Part shown: positions 1 to 12,698 of the stretch, piece by piece
Layout: each line of letters begins with the position of its first letter
Numbering within the stretch: the first letter of the stretch is position 1
Origin: Podarcis cretensis
Taxonomy: Eukaryota
NCBI GenBank assembly: GCA_951804945.1
Contig: OX638161.1
Location: 36,456,001 to 36,520,000, forward strand
DNA: 64,000 nt
Reading direction: 5' to 3'
Program-made: the position numbers and the translations under genes
The notes under the pieces: generated by a model
Seen by the model: the letters and a program-made list of their open reading frames with translations, nothing else
Database searches by the model: none
Told to the model about the DNA's origin: nothing

Positions 1-9
1 ATTCTTGTT

Positions 10-100
10 GCCTTGTAGCTCAGTCAGTAGAGCATGAGACTCTTAAATCTCAGGCTCATGGCTTCAAGCCCTACGTCAGGCAAAAGATTCCTGCATTGCA
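10..100 (+). mobile_element. tRNA-Lys(CTT)-derived SINE, 3'-truncated
   Basis: TAGCTCAGTCAGTAGAGCATGAGACTCTTAAATCTCAGG...TTCAAGCCC tRNA-Lys-like head followed by AAAAGATTCCTGCATTGCA, which is shared with other copies in the window. Confidence 0.8.
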
Positions 101-835
101 TAGTTGCTCCTCCTGTAACACGAGCAACACTGGCAAACCATTGATGCTTGGCTTTGTTTTCTGTTCAAACTAGGATTTATGGTTTGTTTTGCTATCCCTT
201 CTGCTAGCAAAGGAGCAAAGAGGGAGCATCTTCGCAATCAAGGTTCACCGTGATGTGTGAATGCAGCTACTACAATGCTATTTTTATCAAAAGAAAACAT
301 GTTGTTGTCTTGCCAAGATGTTTCCCCCCTGCCAATTACCCACTTCCAATCCGTTTTATAAAAATATCAAATACTGGGAAAATATTGCTTAAACAGAAGA
401 GTTTTCCAGTGCTGTAACACTATAACGCTAATTTTAAAACAATGAAAAGCTGTCATTACAAACATTTTCCTTCTAATTAAACACTTCCCATATGCACTTC
501 TGATCAAAAACAAACTTTTAAATATATATATATTTCTTGGGTAGCAATGCACAATCACACTTACATAAATGAGCTTTCAGCGCTAAATTAATCAGCGATA
601 TAAGTACCTATTTATATATAGCTTGAAATCACTCAGGCGAACTGAATCTTCTCTTTATTCACGCACAGCTGCTCTGTCACAATGCCCACTAGTGGTGGGG
701 ATGTAGCATAGCAGCAGAAACACACAGAAAACGATACTGTACCCATGGTAGTGTGGAAAGTCAGTTACAATTCTCCTTGTCGCTTCCGGGAGAAGAGTAA
801 TAGCTTATTCATGCTCAGGGCATCAGCCTGGAAGA

Positions 836-1240
836 GGGATGGGGGAGAAATCTGATTCAGTTCACATTTGAAGCCAAATCGGTCAAATCTGCCCTTTCTG
901 AAACAATATGAGAACTGAAACAGAGCCATCCTTTCAAAATTTCCATTTCTCCAAATGTTGTGATGCAACTCTCCCACCAAACAGTGTTTACAAAAAACGT
1001 ATGATAGGGGGAAACACACACACACACAACATATTCAGGTGCATTATATTTGGAAAAATGCTTACAGAAATGTGCACATGAATCAATACCACGTACAAAT
1101 AGGTGGTTATTTAGGAGACCTTTGCACTAAAATGCTGAATTATTTTCATGTGGATGTTTTGTTTTTCTAAACATTGCAAATGGCTGCAGAAATGTATAGA
1201 ACCGAATTTAAGACTGGAACAATGGGAAATTGAAAGAAGT
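836..1240. repeat. Interspersed repeat of unknown class; second diverged copy at about 12122-12590
   Basis: Both copies share gaaacaatatg..., aaatgctgaat/aaatgctaatgaattttcatg and gaatttaa...aaatggg blocks in the same order. Confidence 0.6.
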
Positions 1241-2358
1241 ATTCTGGAAGCAGCCCAGAATAAACACTGTCCTGAGTGTCTTGCACCAAATGACGGTTCC
1301 CTAAATAAATAAACAGAAAAATACTAGGGTCAGAGATAGTAATGAGGTTCCGGGGACAAATCTAGCCTCCCAAGAGATGCCAACCAGGCCCCTGTTGTGG
1401 ATGACTTGAGAAGCTGGTATAAGATTTATATGGCCCTACACTGGTTCCACCTGAGACAAGAGAACTTGCTGGCAGCCCATTGTAAGGGTTATGGGTGAAG
1501 TTGGTGCTAGGCTATGCTTCACCCTCTCCTCAAAGTGTTGCCGTTACCAGTGTTCTAGAGCACGAGTGAGGAAGTGGATGTGGCCACTGCCCCACCCTCC
1601 ACTGGCTATTTTTGGCCAGAGGGCTGGGCCGGCCAGCTGCCAGTCACCTGACATCATACCACATCAAGCAATTCTGCTTCAAAGGAAGAATCGGGAGTGC
1701 ATTAATCTTCCTTGGCACTCCTGGGTTGAATTCAAACTTCTGCTGCACTGGCTCGCCCCTTGTAAGCCCCAGCTCAAATTCAAGCCAAAGATTCCTGCCA
1801 AAAGCAGGGCTTGCCTTTGGGCTTTCAGCAGGAACCTTGGCAGCTGCAGGTTGAATTTGGCTCCTGGGTGGAAGTGATTCCGGTGAGGCTTGGCATTTGG
1901 TGACTACTTTAAAAGGTGCCCAACCCCACTTGCAGATGAACCACCAGAGCATCATAACTCTAAGGCTCCCTGTCGTTCCTTTGCAACCCTGGCTTTGCTT
2001 ACCTCACACCTGACACCAGATGATGTCAGGTGGAGGCTTGGGGAATAACAGACTGGCAGGCCACACAAGTATCCCTAGTTGGCCTCACTTGACCTGAGAT
2101 TCCCCATCCTTGCTGTGCAGCCTTAGGGAGGAAGGCCTTTATACTCTTCTTGGTCTCAAGAAAAGATCGTGCAATTGTTGAATGGTAACAGGACAGTGTC
2201 ACCAGTAAGGTAGCTGCTGCTAAGGAAACCATAAGCTTTGGTGATGATGGTAATAACAACAATATTTTTAATAAAATGTTCCTGGGAGCTAGAAGCACTA
2301 GAGTTGAAACCAACCCCTATCCTGCCACCACACAGACAGCTGCTTTCTCTCTCCTCAG

Positions 2359-2477
2359 GGGTACACAGTCACTACCGGGGCTTTTTCTCCTTGACTCACA
2401 AGGCCAACAAAGCCAAATTTGCCATTCACTATGGAAGCGGGAGTCTCAAAGGATTCTTGAGCGAGGATGTTCTGAGG
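2359..2477 (+). CDS. NAPSA: Napsin/cathepsin-D-like aspartic protease, exon 4 (flap region); exons 1-3 lie upstream of the window
   Basis: ctcctcag| acceptor and |gtgagt donor; 119 bp, the canonical family exon size; (W)[39 protein letters not shown] includes the flap YGSG motif. Confidence 0.9.
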
Positions 2478-3392
2478 GTGAGTACAGGGGGCTCAGATGC
2501 CTGGGTTCTTCTCCAAGAGGCAGAATAAGCTTAACCAGTGGGGGAGGGAAGGTTTCTGTACAATTTACCTTCAGAACGTGACTTCAGTGCCAGGTCAGCC
2601 CTGGAAGTTATCATGGGGAGGGGATGGAGGATGGGGGAAAGCACCCAAGCATGCAGGGTGTCTTTTCCTTCACACCGAATCACCAGCATCGGCCCACAAG
2701 TTCACACACCTCTGTGATAGCTTCTAAGAGAGAGAGGGAGTTGTGCCTGGGAAATTTGCACTCCTTTTTATTAAATGGTGGAGACCATGGCCCTTTGGTT
2801 GTGAAAGTGATGAAGAGACTAATGTTTTAAAATGTTATATACGGTACATATATGAAGGTTCCAGCAGTTGTGTTGTTGTTGTTGTTGTTGTTTGCCAGGG
2901 ACAGTTCTGGCCCTGTTCTGGCCCCTGATCCCAGTAAATCACTGCTTCTATTTTTGCCTTTTGACTATTGTGAATGACATTTTGAAAAAACACAAAAACC
3001 CACACAGCCTTTATCCTTTACCCCTGAATAACTGTGAGGCTGACACAACCAACTAGGTTTTCATAGCGTTCTTGAAAAGCTCACCATGGCTTAGGCCTCT
3101 GTGTACCTTCTGTGTGGTAAGTGCATTTTTGTGTGCCAGCAATGCCTCTTGAGTACCACGGGCATAACTGGGCTTCCGCCAAATCCTGTAGGCCTTCAGC
3201 TTTCCATAACTCTGGTACAGGGATTGCACCCTAAATCTCTGAGTGAGGCTGAAGGCATTTTGACTTTGCTGAGCATACATGTAAACAAAGGCTTAAGAAC
3301 TGGTTGTCTGTGGCCTACCGGGTGGAGTGGCCAGCTGCCAGGCCCCTTCACTACCTACTAAACATGCATCACTGTAAATGCAAGGGAACTTG

Positions 3393-3770
3393 GGAAGCTG
3401 CCTTATGCTGAGTCAGACCCACAGGCACAACCTTGCACCCGAGGTTGAGGGCGCCCAACACGTGGAACGTCATGTGTGTGTGATGCACGATGAACGCATG
3501 ACGTCACATCGTCAGGGGGAGACGAAGTGTGGAGCCAAGCGCAGCCTGGCTTCAGTGGCCAGTGGCTCCTCCTCTCTTGTGCTCAGGAGGACTCCCTGGC
3601 CCTATAGAGTTGGCGCACCTGGTCACACCATTGGCCCACCTAGCTCATTATTAGCTATGCTGACTGATAGTGGCTCTCTAGGGCTAATCTCAGATAATCT
3701 CAGGCCTACCTGGAGATGCCAGGGATCAAACCTGCATGCAATGCAGATGCTGTACCACCAAGCCATGGCT
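3393..3770 (-). mobile_element. tRNA-derived SINE (antisense) interrupted by a MITE; related copies at about 6140-6302 (+) and 16755-16945 (-)
   Basis: ggaagctgccttat.ctgagtcagacc..attgg.ccacctagctca...ggagatgccaggga.caaacct...atgctgtaccac pattern repeated elsewhere in the window. Confidence 0.65.
3420..3621. mobile_element. hAT-type non-autonomous element inserted in a SINE
   Basis: 8-bp TSD gtcagacc (3412-3419) / gtcacacc (3622-3629); degenerate CA...TG TIRs. Confidence 0.6.
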
Positions 3771-3875
3771 TTCTGAAGGCAGCCCTGTTTAGGGAAGTTT
3801 TTAATGTTTGAAGTTTTGTTCTGTTTTTAATGTTCTGTTGAAAGCCGCCCAGAGTTATAGGCAGGGTAGAAATAA

Positions 3876-3921
<46 letters not shown>
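3876..3921. repeat. (TTA)n microsatellite at the tail of an L2/SINE-like remnant
   Basis: Direct inspection. Confidence 0.95.
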
Positions 3922-3923
<2 letters not shown>

Positions 3924-4278
3924 ATTTATATTACTATGCCCAGGACAGCCCCGCTGAAGGCTGCTCATGACCAATGGGCTTTAGCTGATTCATTACTGAG
4001 GATGAGTCTGAAGTATTTGTGTTTACCTTTGGAAGGCATGAGAAAAGTGAGATAGGCTTTCCTTCCAGTGTAACCTCTGACAGCTTCTGTTTGTTAAACT
4101 GTAAATTGTCTAAGGCTTACTACTCCAACATCCTCCAGAAGGCACTTTGAGAGATGTTTTGAAAATAGGCAAACTTATTTAAATTATATTGATGGATTAC
4201 AACGTTACATGACTAATCAACTAAAAATCTTGCAGTGGCTATGAGCCTTAATTAAAATTATTCAGACATTCATCATGG

Positions 4279-4280
<2 letters not shown>

Positions 4281-4323
<43 letters not shown>
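4281..4323. repeat. (AT)n microsatellite
   Basis: Direct inspection. Confidence 0.95.
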
Positions 4324-4324
<1 letters not shown>

Positions 4325-4884
4325 GGCATCATTACATGAATGTAGCACTTTGCGATACTGCCTAAGCAAATCCTAAGAGCAGAGCATATTTCAAGATAGT
4401 TACCTCTGCATTTGGAGAGAGGAACTGTGGTTTGCTTAAACTATGTTTCGGAACATGCCAACATCTGAAACTGCAGTTTGATCCTGGCTTACCTTCACTA
4501 TAGTTTACCAGATTATAATTTCTGATCTCTTCCTCTGGTTCATGAAAGAGAAGGAGGGGGAGCACACAACCCAATGGCTTGCCATGATTCAGTCACATAG
4601 TGGGAAACTACTGTCTCCTGTTACATCTCAACCCAGCTACAGCTGAATCCCAGTTTCTCTTCTACTAGAAAGTAAGCACTGGATCTGAAGGAAGAAAGAC
4701 AGGTGGCACCACACAGGTATTCAGGGACAAGAGCTCCAGGCTTAAAGATGCAGCAAGATGATGCTGAAGCCTTGGTCCTTCAAAACTGAGCGTTGTAGTG
4801 GGTATCAGGTTTTTCTAATTCAGAGATATGTGAGTATCTGGTCGATGGAGCAGAAGACATGATGCTTACCTTCTCTCTCCTCAG

Positions 4885-5084
4885 ATTGGCAACTTGAGCA
4901 TTCAGAACCAGACATTTGCCGAGGCTACAGATCTGCCAGGTTTGGTTTTTGTAGCTGCAAAGTTTGATGGCATCATGGGGCTGGGGTATCCCAGCATCTC
5001 AGTCAACAATATCACCCCACCCTTTGATAACATGATGAAGAATAAGCTGCTTAAGAAGAACGTATTCTCCTTCCACCTCTGCAA
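4885..5084 (+). CDS. NAPSA: Aspartic protease exon 5
   Basis: tctcctcag| ... AA|gtagga; 200 bp; [66 protein letters not shown] includes the FDGILGL-type motif. Confidence 0.95.
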
Positions 5085-7111
5085 GTAGGAATCCTTCATG
5101 TTACCTCCTCCTTTCTCTCATCTCAGTCTTACCCTTCCCAAGTCCCAATGCATCCCTTTAGAGAAGCATCCAATGTTAGCCACAATCAGAGTAGACTCGT
5201 TGGAATTAATTGGCATGACTAATGTAGCTGTTAACGAAGCTCTGGCATAATAGGATCATACCATCGAGTCCCAATTAATCTTGCTGCCCTATTCTGGACC
5301 AACTGAAGTTTCCAAACCATCTCCAAGGGCAAAAATTTACAATGCATGAGAAACTATTTGCTTTTCCTTCTCAGCTGCTGTTAGCATTGACTCAATCTTT
5401 CCTACACTGAACATGCCCTCAAAAATATGCTCACATGTCATTGGATGTTAGGATTAGGCACACTCCATTCTCAATAGAAGAGAAGAACAAAGAGCTTCTC
5501 TTAGCAAGCACAGTGGTGTCCAATGTTGGTGCCTTTTCCACATTGATGGGGGGTGGGGAACATGCCTGCTCCTTTTTGCTCTTCTAAATGTGGCCACCAT
5601 TTTGTCTTACTTGACACACCCCATGGCAGCCATTTTGTGACTGGCACTGAATTATCAGAATTCCAAATGCATCCACTGGCCCGAAAAGGTTGGCAACCTC
5701 TAGCCTAAGTAAGCTATTAAGAGGTACTTTGAGCCGATGAGTCATCTTGTTGCAGCAGGGTAGCTCTGGGTGACATCTTTTTATGCAGGAATCTGGGCTG
5801 TCAGTTTTCCAGTTGGCATAACATTCTTCTTTTCAGTGACTCACAAAGACTGGTTTAGGATTCTGAAATGCCTCTGTGTATACAATACAATTAAAGAGAA
5901 TGTTGATTGCCAGGTGGAGTTCAGTACATCCTGCCATGTATATATTCTGGGTGGATACCATCACACATTATAGGTACATGAGTGGGATGATGCGGATATT
6001 TTCTGTGCATTCTCGGTTGTTCCTCATCTAATGGCAGGTGGTTCCATCACTCTGGTGTTTCATGTAACATGACAGCTTTACTGGGTCTGCTTCTTTTTGG
6101 TGACAGAGTACTGGAAAATAACATTGTTTTGGTAGTGTCCTTGCTATTGAACAATTGTTGAGCTCAAAAGGTCCCAAGTTCAATTGCTAGCATTTCCAGG
6201 CAGAGCTCTTGTTTGAAATTTTGGGTAGCTGCTCCCGGTTCCTAGAGACAATACTGAGCATGTTTAGCCTTTGCTCTGACTCAGTATGGCAGCTTCCTAT
6301 GTACCGTATTTACAGCTATACAGGTTCAGCAGGTGATGAACAATCACGCCAGGTGGCTACTCTACCCGGAGGCCATGGTCAATCATTCCTAGCCCCAAAG
6401 CAGTGTCTGCCCATACCATCATGATCTTAAACAACTATTTCTGCCAGCCAAGAGCCTCTCAGAAACCTTTCTCAGTCAGCACTAAAGCGCAAGCCACAAT
6501 TTGTTCAGATTCAAACTGTCCCTTTGAGACCCCACCCGGTGATGGATGTGACATGTTAGAGGAGCATGGAGCAGCCATTGCTCATCAGAGTCCATTATCC
6601 ATGAGGCAGGGTTGCCAACTGACCAGGGGCTGGGATGGCCTGACCTGCTCCTGTACCCTTTAACAGAAATTCAACATGCAGAAATTGGCAGGTGAAGCTT
6701 ATCAAAGGAACAAGATTAAAAGAACATCATGGATTTGAGTGACCGTTTGCAATTCCAAGTGTTCCCTTTGAACCACTCTGAGAACTGTAGCTGCAGGAAG
6801 GGAACAGGGGTCTCCTGGCAATCCTCAGCTCCCAGAATTCCTTGGCGGAAGCCATGACCGTTTCAGGTGGTATCATAGTGCTTTAAAGGTATGAATGTGG
6901 ACTTAGGTTGCCCAGAGGCAATCTATACATTTATGCCAATGTTTATTCAACCACTTACAGGTGTGAGGGTCCCTCCCCAGCCCTGTTAGGTGGCTCACAA
7001 GTTTTGTTAAGTAAATAAAATATCCTTTCCTCTTGCTTGCCTGCTCCACACACATACCCATTGTTGCTCCTCAAAAGAAGAGCTTTTTGACCCTTCTGAT
7101 TCTTCTCCTAG

Positions 7112-7240
7112 CACTGACAGCGGCTATGAAAACAACGGTGGCGAAGTGGTTTTCGGAGATATCAACCACGATGCCTATGAAGGGAAGCTCCACTACATCC
7201 CAGTGTCACGCAAGGCTTACTGGCAGATCAAGATAGACAA
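7112..7240 (+). CDS. NAPSA: Aspartic protease exon 6 (not in the ORF track as this frame)
   Basis: ttcttctcctag| ... AA|gtgagt; phase 2/2; (N)TDSGYENNGGEVVFGDINHDAYEGKLHYIPVSRKAYWQIKID; an in-frame alternative AG would start the exon at 7121. Confidence 0.9.
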
Positions 7241-7584
7241 GTGAGTGCCACCATTTATTTCCTGATCTGTTTCTGGGATAGATTTATGTACCGCTTAGTC
7301 ATTCACATTTCCAAGATGGCGCACATAAAAACAAAACAATTAAAAGCCGCCATAGAACTGAACGCTACCTCAGAACACATGCTGGAATAAGAAAGTCTTT
7401 TGTTGCGTGGGAAGACTGAGACTAAGAAGGAAGAAGTGGACAGGCAATGCTGCCACCACCTGCACTGGCGAGTGAAGGCTGGGTGAGGGCAGACTGAGGT
7501 TGCTGGGTAAAGTGCCACTCTTGCCCCAGTGGACCAGCCTCTGCTCTGCATTATTGAGCTGTCCAATTTTATAACTGGGTTTCC

Positions 7585-8520
7585 TCACAAGGTCAATTTA
7601 GCATGTGAAAGTGGATCAATTTTATTTTTATTAGACATTATATTCCATTTCTTTCTAACCAACTTAATTGTTTCAAGGGTCTCCCGCATTTTCAGATATT
7701 TTGATCCTAATATTGTCCAACCCACCAAAGATGATGTATATGTATATTCTAAAGTTGCCCAGGTTGGATAGTTAACACCAGATATAGGTTTCCAGGCTTT
7801 GGCACATTGCAATTAATAAGCACGATGGTATACCAAATCCGAATTTGGATTTATTTATTTTTGGCAGAGATATTCTTGGAGTTGCTGAACTCCAAAGACA
7901 TTTCCTAAACAAACAAACAAAATATTTTTTAGAAATATGTTCCAGATATATAAACTGGAAGTCCTCTCAGAATATAAATTCTTGCACGAAGGCAAGAGTT
8001 GAAGGTTTTTTTCTACCCACTTTTGATTGTAGCCACACAAACACACTCCCCCCCCCCATGCCATGCCTGCTGCTGGCAATATGGATTCCAGAAGACAAAT
8101 AAACCAGAAATCAACTCCTGCTTTATTTAAAACAACCAGTGTTTAAAAATTCAAACAACAAACCATTAATTTTTAAAAAATATTGACATCCTGAATATGC
8201 AGTGAACAAAACACTTTTGCTGATGGTACTTTGGTGTAGACCTAGAGAATAGCACTTCAAGTCATCAGTGAATAATAGTTATAATTGTCAAACATATTTC
8301 AACCTTACAGCCTTCCTCGGTGGCATCGGTGTCTAAAATGGCAGATTTAGCTGCTTGGGAGTTTGATAAGATAATTCAGGCTTGCATCCATCCAAATTAA
8401 TGTCCTAACAGTAAATATATAATTGCATTTCCATTACTCAGCATGATTGCAATACCCCCCACCTGAAAAAGATGTTCTAAGCAAGGCCACATATCTCTAT
8501 TTGCCATCTATGAGAAATGT
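7585..8520 (-). mobile_element. Decayed L1/Tx1-like LINE ORF2 (RT) fragment
   Basis: Minus-strand translation gives LLFTDDL (YADD-like, about 8255-8280), RIYILRGLPVYI and RKCLWSSATPRISLPKINKSKFGFGIP (compare L1 FIW..K.PRI....L..PK..GGLGLP), with stops and frameshifts. Confidence 0.7.
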
Positions 8521-8689
8521 TTGTGTTTAAAGAATAAATGTGAAGCCTAATGCAGGAAACACTCTACCCTCTTGGGTACAGCAGTCCTTTCCTCTCAGTG
8601 ATGCCAAGTTGCAGTTATCCTGGTGGAGTTTTCCGCCAGACCATCTGGGGAGTTCTGCTGGCGTGGCTTCATCTCTGCCAGTGGAGATA

Positions 8690-8815
8690 CACAGCCTTTG
8701 CCAACCTGGTGCCTGGCAGATGTTTTGGACTACAACTCCCATCAGCCAGTGCTGGTTGGAGCTGATGGGAGTTGTAGTCCTAAACTTTTTGCAGGCACCA
8801 ATTGGGGAAGGCTGC
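8690..8815. mobile_element. Palindromic hAT-type MITE; related copies at about 14000-14054, 34500-34637, 38232-38371 and 39170-39302
   Basis: cagcct..ccaacctggtgcc..cagatgttttggactacaactcccatcag ... ctgatgggagttgtagtcc ... ggcacc..ttggggaaggctg inverted repeat. Confidence 0.75.
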
Positions 8816-9079
8816 CTTAAGGATGCTGGGCTGGTGTAATTCAGATATAGGATTTTGCCCTAAACCTGAATCTCAGTCTGGCTTTTCCAGACAACCACTT
8901 TACAGAGCAGTGTTCTAATTAAGGATATGTTCACATTAGGGACTTGCGATGCAATGAGGTCATTTTCCCGCCCACTGCATTTCAAGTTGCATTAGCATGG
9001 TGTTGTTCACATCAGAGAGCAGGTGGGGATGTCTTCACCAGGTGTACATGGCCTTTTTGGTTTCCCCTGATGAGGTCAA

Positions 9080-9312
9080 AGCCACCATGGTGCAGCTATT
9101 AGAATGTCAGGCTAAGATCTCAGTGACCAGGGTTCGAATCCCCGCTTTAGTCATGAAGCTCATTGGATGGCTTTGGACCAGCCAGTCACTATCTCACAGC
9201 CTAGCCTGCCTTGCAGAGTTGCTGCAGTGGTAACATGTGTGTGTGAAGGGGAATCATCTGTACTGCCTGAGCTACCTGGAGGGAAGGTGGACTAGAAATC
9301 TAGCAATATAAA
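9080..9312 (+). mobile_element. tRNA-derived SINE family; copies at about 15590-15795 (+), 17225-17620 (+), 38580-38810 (-), 38920-39110 (+), 43320-43450 (-), 58205-58400 (-) and 58835-58970 (-)
   Basis: B-box ggttcgaatccc followed by catgaagctca.tgg.tg.c.ttgg.ccagtca...cagccta.cct.cct..cag.gttg.tg core and gagct.c.tggagg.aaggtgg tail. Confidence 0.75.
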
Positions 9313-9371
9313 GATTTGGTATTCTCACCATAGTAGAGTATGAGTATCTAGCAAAAGAGTTCACCCCACAT

Positions 9372-9410
<39 letters not shown>

Positions 9411-10093
9411 TTGTAAGCCATTGTTCTGATTTACATCCTCCCAAGGCAGCAAAAAAAAAAGCATAATATTACAATAAAATATAAAATTAAATTTCAAAAA
9501 TGCAAGAAATCAGCTATGCATTATTGAAATCTAACAACCATTATAAACCCATTTCCAGAGCCTCAGCTATAAAACCATGAGTTTTGAGTGCTTGTGTTAC
9601 ACCGGACTGGAGTTCCATATGCTACCAACATTACCGATGGTCCCGGTTGTTTTTTAAAGATATTCAATAGGTTGTTTGTTTTGCAAGAACAGCACTAACC
9701 ACAAGAGGGCAGTGCTGTTGCATTTTCAACCAACTTTCCGATATACAGTACTTGCTGCTCCTGTTTCCTGAGGTTTCTATTTTTGTACTTTGCGTGTTCT
9801 CTTGGATATTATTTCTGTTATTGTTGTGGAGGGTTTTTTTATTGTAAGTTGCCCTGGAGGCAAAAAAGCTGAAAGATGGGAAATTAAATGTTTTCAATGA
9901 ATAAATAAAAATAAAGATGTGCTGAGTGGAAGCGGAAAATCCCAATCAATCCACACAGCACCTTCCGGGAAAAGTCAATCGCTGGAAACCTGACATCAGG
10001 GACACTGCTAGGTCCAAAACAAACTCAGGACACAGGCCCATGACCCAGATTTTGCCGATGGGCAAATTAAAACTATGGGTGGTTGAGGTCTTA

Positions 10094-10262
10094 GGCCACA
10101 TCCATATCCTACATTTAAAGCACTCTTAGACCACTTTTAACAGTCATGAAGAACCTTGAGAACTGTAGTTTGTTAAGAGTGCTGGGAACTATAGCTGCGT
10201 GAGATCAGCTACAGTAGTTCCTAGGATGTTCCAGGCCTGTTAAAAGGTCTTTAACTGTAACA
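10094..10262. mobile_element. Palindromic MITE (catttaaagcact...ccacttt.aacagtcatg type); related copies at about 6770-6900, 15975-16160 and 44480-44660
   Basis: Shared terminal blocks and internal inverted repeat gaactgtagttt / ctacag..ttcc. Confidence 0.6.
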
Positions 10263-10649
10263 GTATAGAGAGAAACAGCCCATGCAATTTTTATGCAGGG
10301 GGCTCAGTGCAAAAAACAAAACCCAAGGGCTCAGGTCCCTAACAACACTTCCTGCCTGATATGCTAGTTTTCTTGGTGCGGAGGTTTATTTATTCAATTT
10401 GTGTGTGTAAAGAAGAAAGAGGAACAGCCCAGACACAGGTTCATCCACACCTTCTGCTGTTGATGAGAACTAGATCTTAAACCGCCAATCCCAAGCTCTT
10501 TCATCGGTGTGTATGCGTTTGGTGGTCAGAGTCCTCCTGCTCACTAGCTTCTGGTTGTCTGGCCACAGATGTGTCCTCTCAACTCTCATCAGGCCTCCAA
10601 AACACCATGAATAAAGGCTGCCAACCACTTTCGTTTCCCTTCTGTGTAG

Positions 10650-10845
10650 GATAACTGTGGAGAAGCAATCCAAGAGTGAAAAATGTTGGCCGTGGAGGCT
10701 GTTTGACAAGGACAATTCAACGAAGTTGTGCAAGGACAGTTGCCAAGGCATTGTGGACACTGGCACTTCTCTTATCACAGGGTCTAGTGATGAAATCAAA
10801 GAGTTGCAGAAGGCCATTGGGGCTGAACATATCATGGGAGGACAG
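10650..10845 (+). CDS. NAPSA: Aspartic protease exon 7 with the second catalytic Asp (DTGT)
   Basis: tctgtgtag| ... CAG|gtaag; (K)[65 protein letters not shown]; 196 bp. Confidence 0.92.
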
Positions 10846-11724
10846 GTAAGGAAGAGGCAACGTGTCTTGGATCCTTTAAATGACCCATCCAAAACAACAA
10901 CAACACCACCTCCATGCAGAGCCTTCCAAATTAACAAATCCACCCCTTGGTTCTGGTTTCATTGGCTTATTCTCTCTGCTGTCGATCTGTCGGTGTGATA
11001 TCCCATCATACTCGAATGTGACCAGGAAGCAGAACTCAGGCTAGGGTTGTGCACTTGAAGGAGTGAGTTTATGCAGCACCATTTTCAGTGACCAGAGTCA
11101 GCAGAGGCGGGAAGCAGACTTTGTTTCTATTCCAATGGTATACCCAACATTCTTTTGCTTTCTTCCATATGAATTGGAAATCTTACTACAGTATTTTCAC
11201 CTTAAAGTCCTGCACTTAAGAGGCCAGTTTTGCAGTGAGGCCAAAACCTGCCTTCCTTCCCCAACCCTGGGGCTCTTCCTGACCACCTGTTGTTTTTTTT
11301 ATCATTCATCCTGATTTGCTTGCACAAAACTTAGCATGGAGGTCAGACTATGCCTGGTGTTTGTTGAGCATTCTTTCTTGTTTTTTTGCGAGGAGGTTAT
11401 TTGACAAGGAACAGCATCAAACTGGGGTTCCCTCCTTTGCTCCACATCACTGACTGCCATTGGCAGGGAAGGTCGCCCTGTGATGATGCAACACACTGCA
11501 TTTGGCTAAGGAGAGAAGATGCAATCCCAAGGATGCCATTTTCAGAGACAGCTCCTCATCTGCCGTGGAGTCTAGTACCTTCAACTTCTGGCAAAACGCG
11601 GGGGTGGGAGTGAGTGGAGTTTGGGGTAAATGCCCTAGCATAGAAGAGGTGTGTTAAGAGAAGAATGGCTGTCCAGTCTCTTCCCCTTCCCTTCCTCATG
11701 GCACTCTCCCTTTCCCCACCACAG

Positions 11725-11823
11725 TATGCAATAGATTGCAGTAAACTTCCTGAGCTACCAAACGTGACTTTTCATCTTGGTGGAAAGCCCTTCGCTCTGA
11801 CACCAAAGGACTACGTTCTTCAG
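11725..11823 (+). CDS. NAPSA: Aspartic protease exon 8
   Basis: ccaccacag| ... CAG|gtaag; 99 bp canonical size; YAIDCSKLPELPNVTFHLGGKPFALTPKDYVLQ. Confidence 0.95.
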
Positions 11824-12698
11824 GTAAGAGAGGCCAACACAAGACCTTTGAGGAAATGGTGATGGCTTTAGCAGAAGGTTGGTTAAGATGATCCTTGGGA
11901 TCCAATCAAACTTTACAATTCTGTGATTCTATGACTCTAAAGTGGTATGATGGTGCATTAAGTGTATAATGCAGATGGGGCCTTAGACCCTAGGCAGTGA
12001 CAGTCAGTCTGACTGGACAATACTGACCAAGTGAACCCATGGGTCAGGCTCGGTATAAGGCAGCTTCCTATGTTCCTCTGAATTCCTGAGTGAGAGTGAG
12101 CCCACACCTTGTTCAGGAGTATAGGTGGGGGAGGAATTTGGTTAGCATTTTAATACACAACTCCCTAATTTGCACTTCTTGAAACAATATGCAGACCAAA
12201 CACAGCTGTCTTTCAAAATCTGCAATTCTCCATCCAAATAATACATACATAAATGTCTACATTTGGGGAAAGTGAGCATAAAAATGCACATGTTCATGAA
12301 AATAACATTTTAAAAAAATGCATTACAAGCTAAATTGCTTGCAAAAATGTGTATTTTGGGGAAATTTCCATGCAAAAATGAGAATAGCTGCACATTGCTG
12401 GGCACTGGACTAGATGATCCTCAGGGTCCCTTCCAAATCTACTATTCTACGATTCTATGAATATAGGGAGAAATTTCCACTAAATGCTAATGAATTTTCA
12501 TGAGGATCTTTCTTTAAATAATGCAGAGGTGTGGGGAATTGAATTTAATATAGAAAAATGGGGGAAAGGGGAAATATTCAAACTGACAATTACTCAGCGG
12601 AAAAGACTATAGTGGCATTGCCTAAAGTCTCTAGAAGCCTGTAAGCCTCCTGTGACGGCCTCTCATTGAACTGTGCTATTTCCCTCCCATCTTCACAG

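Noticed and set aside
10-82. Functional tRNA-Lys gene
   Set aside because: Mismatched stems, extra base in the anticodon loop and altered B-box; it continues into a SINE body also found elsewhere in the window
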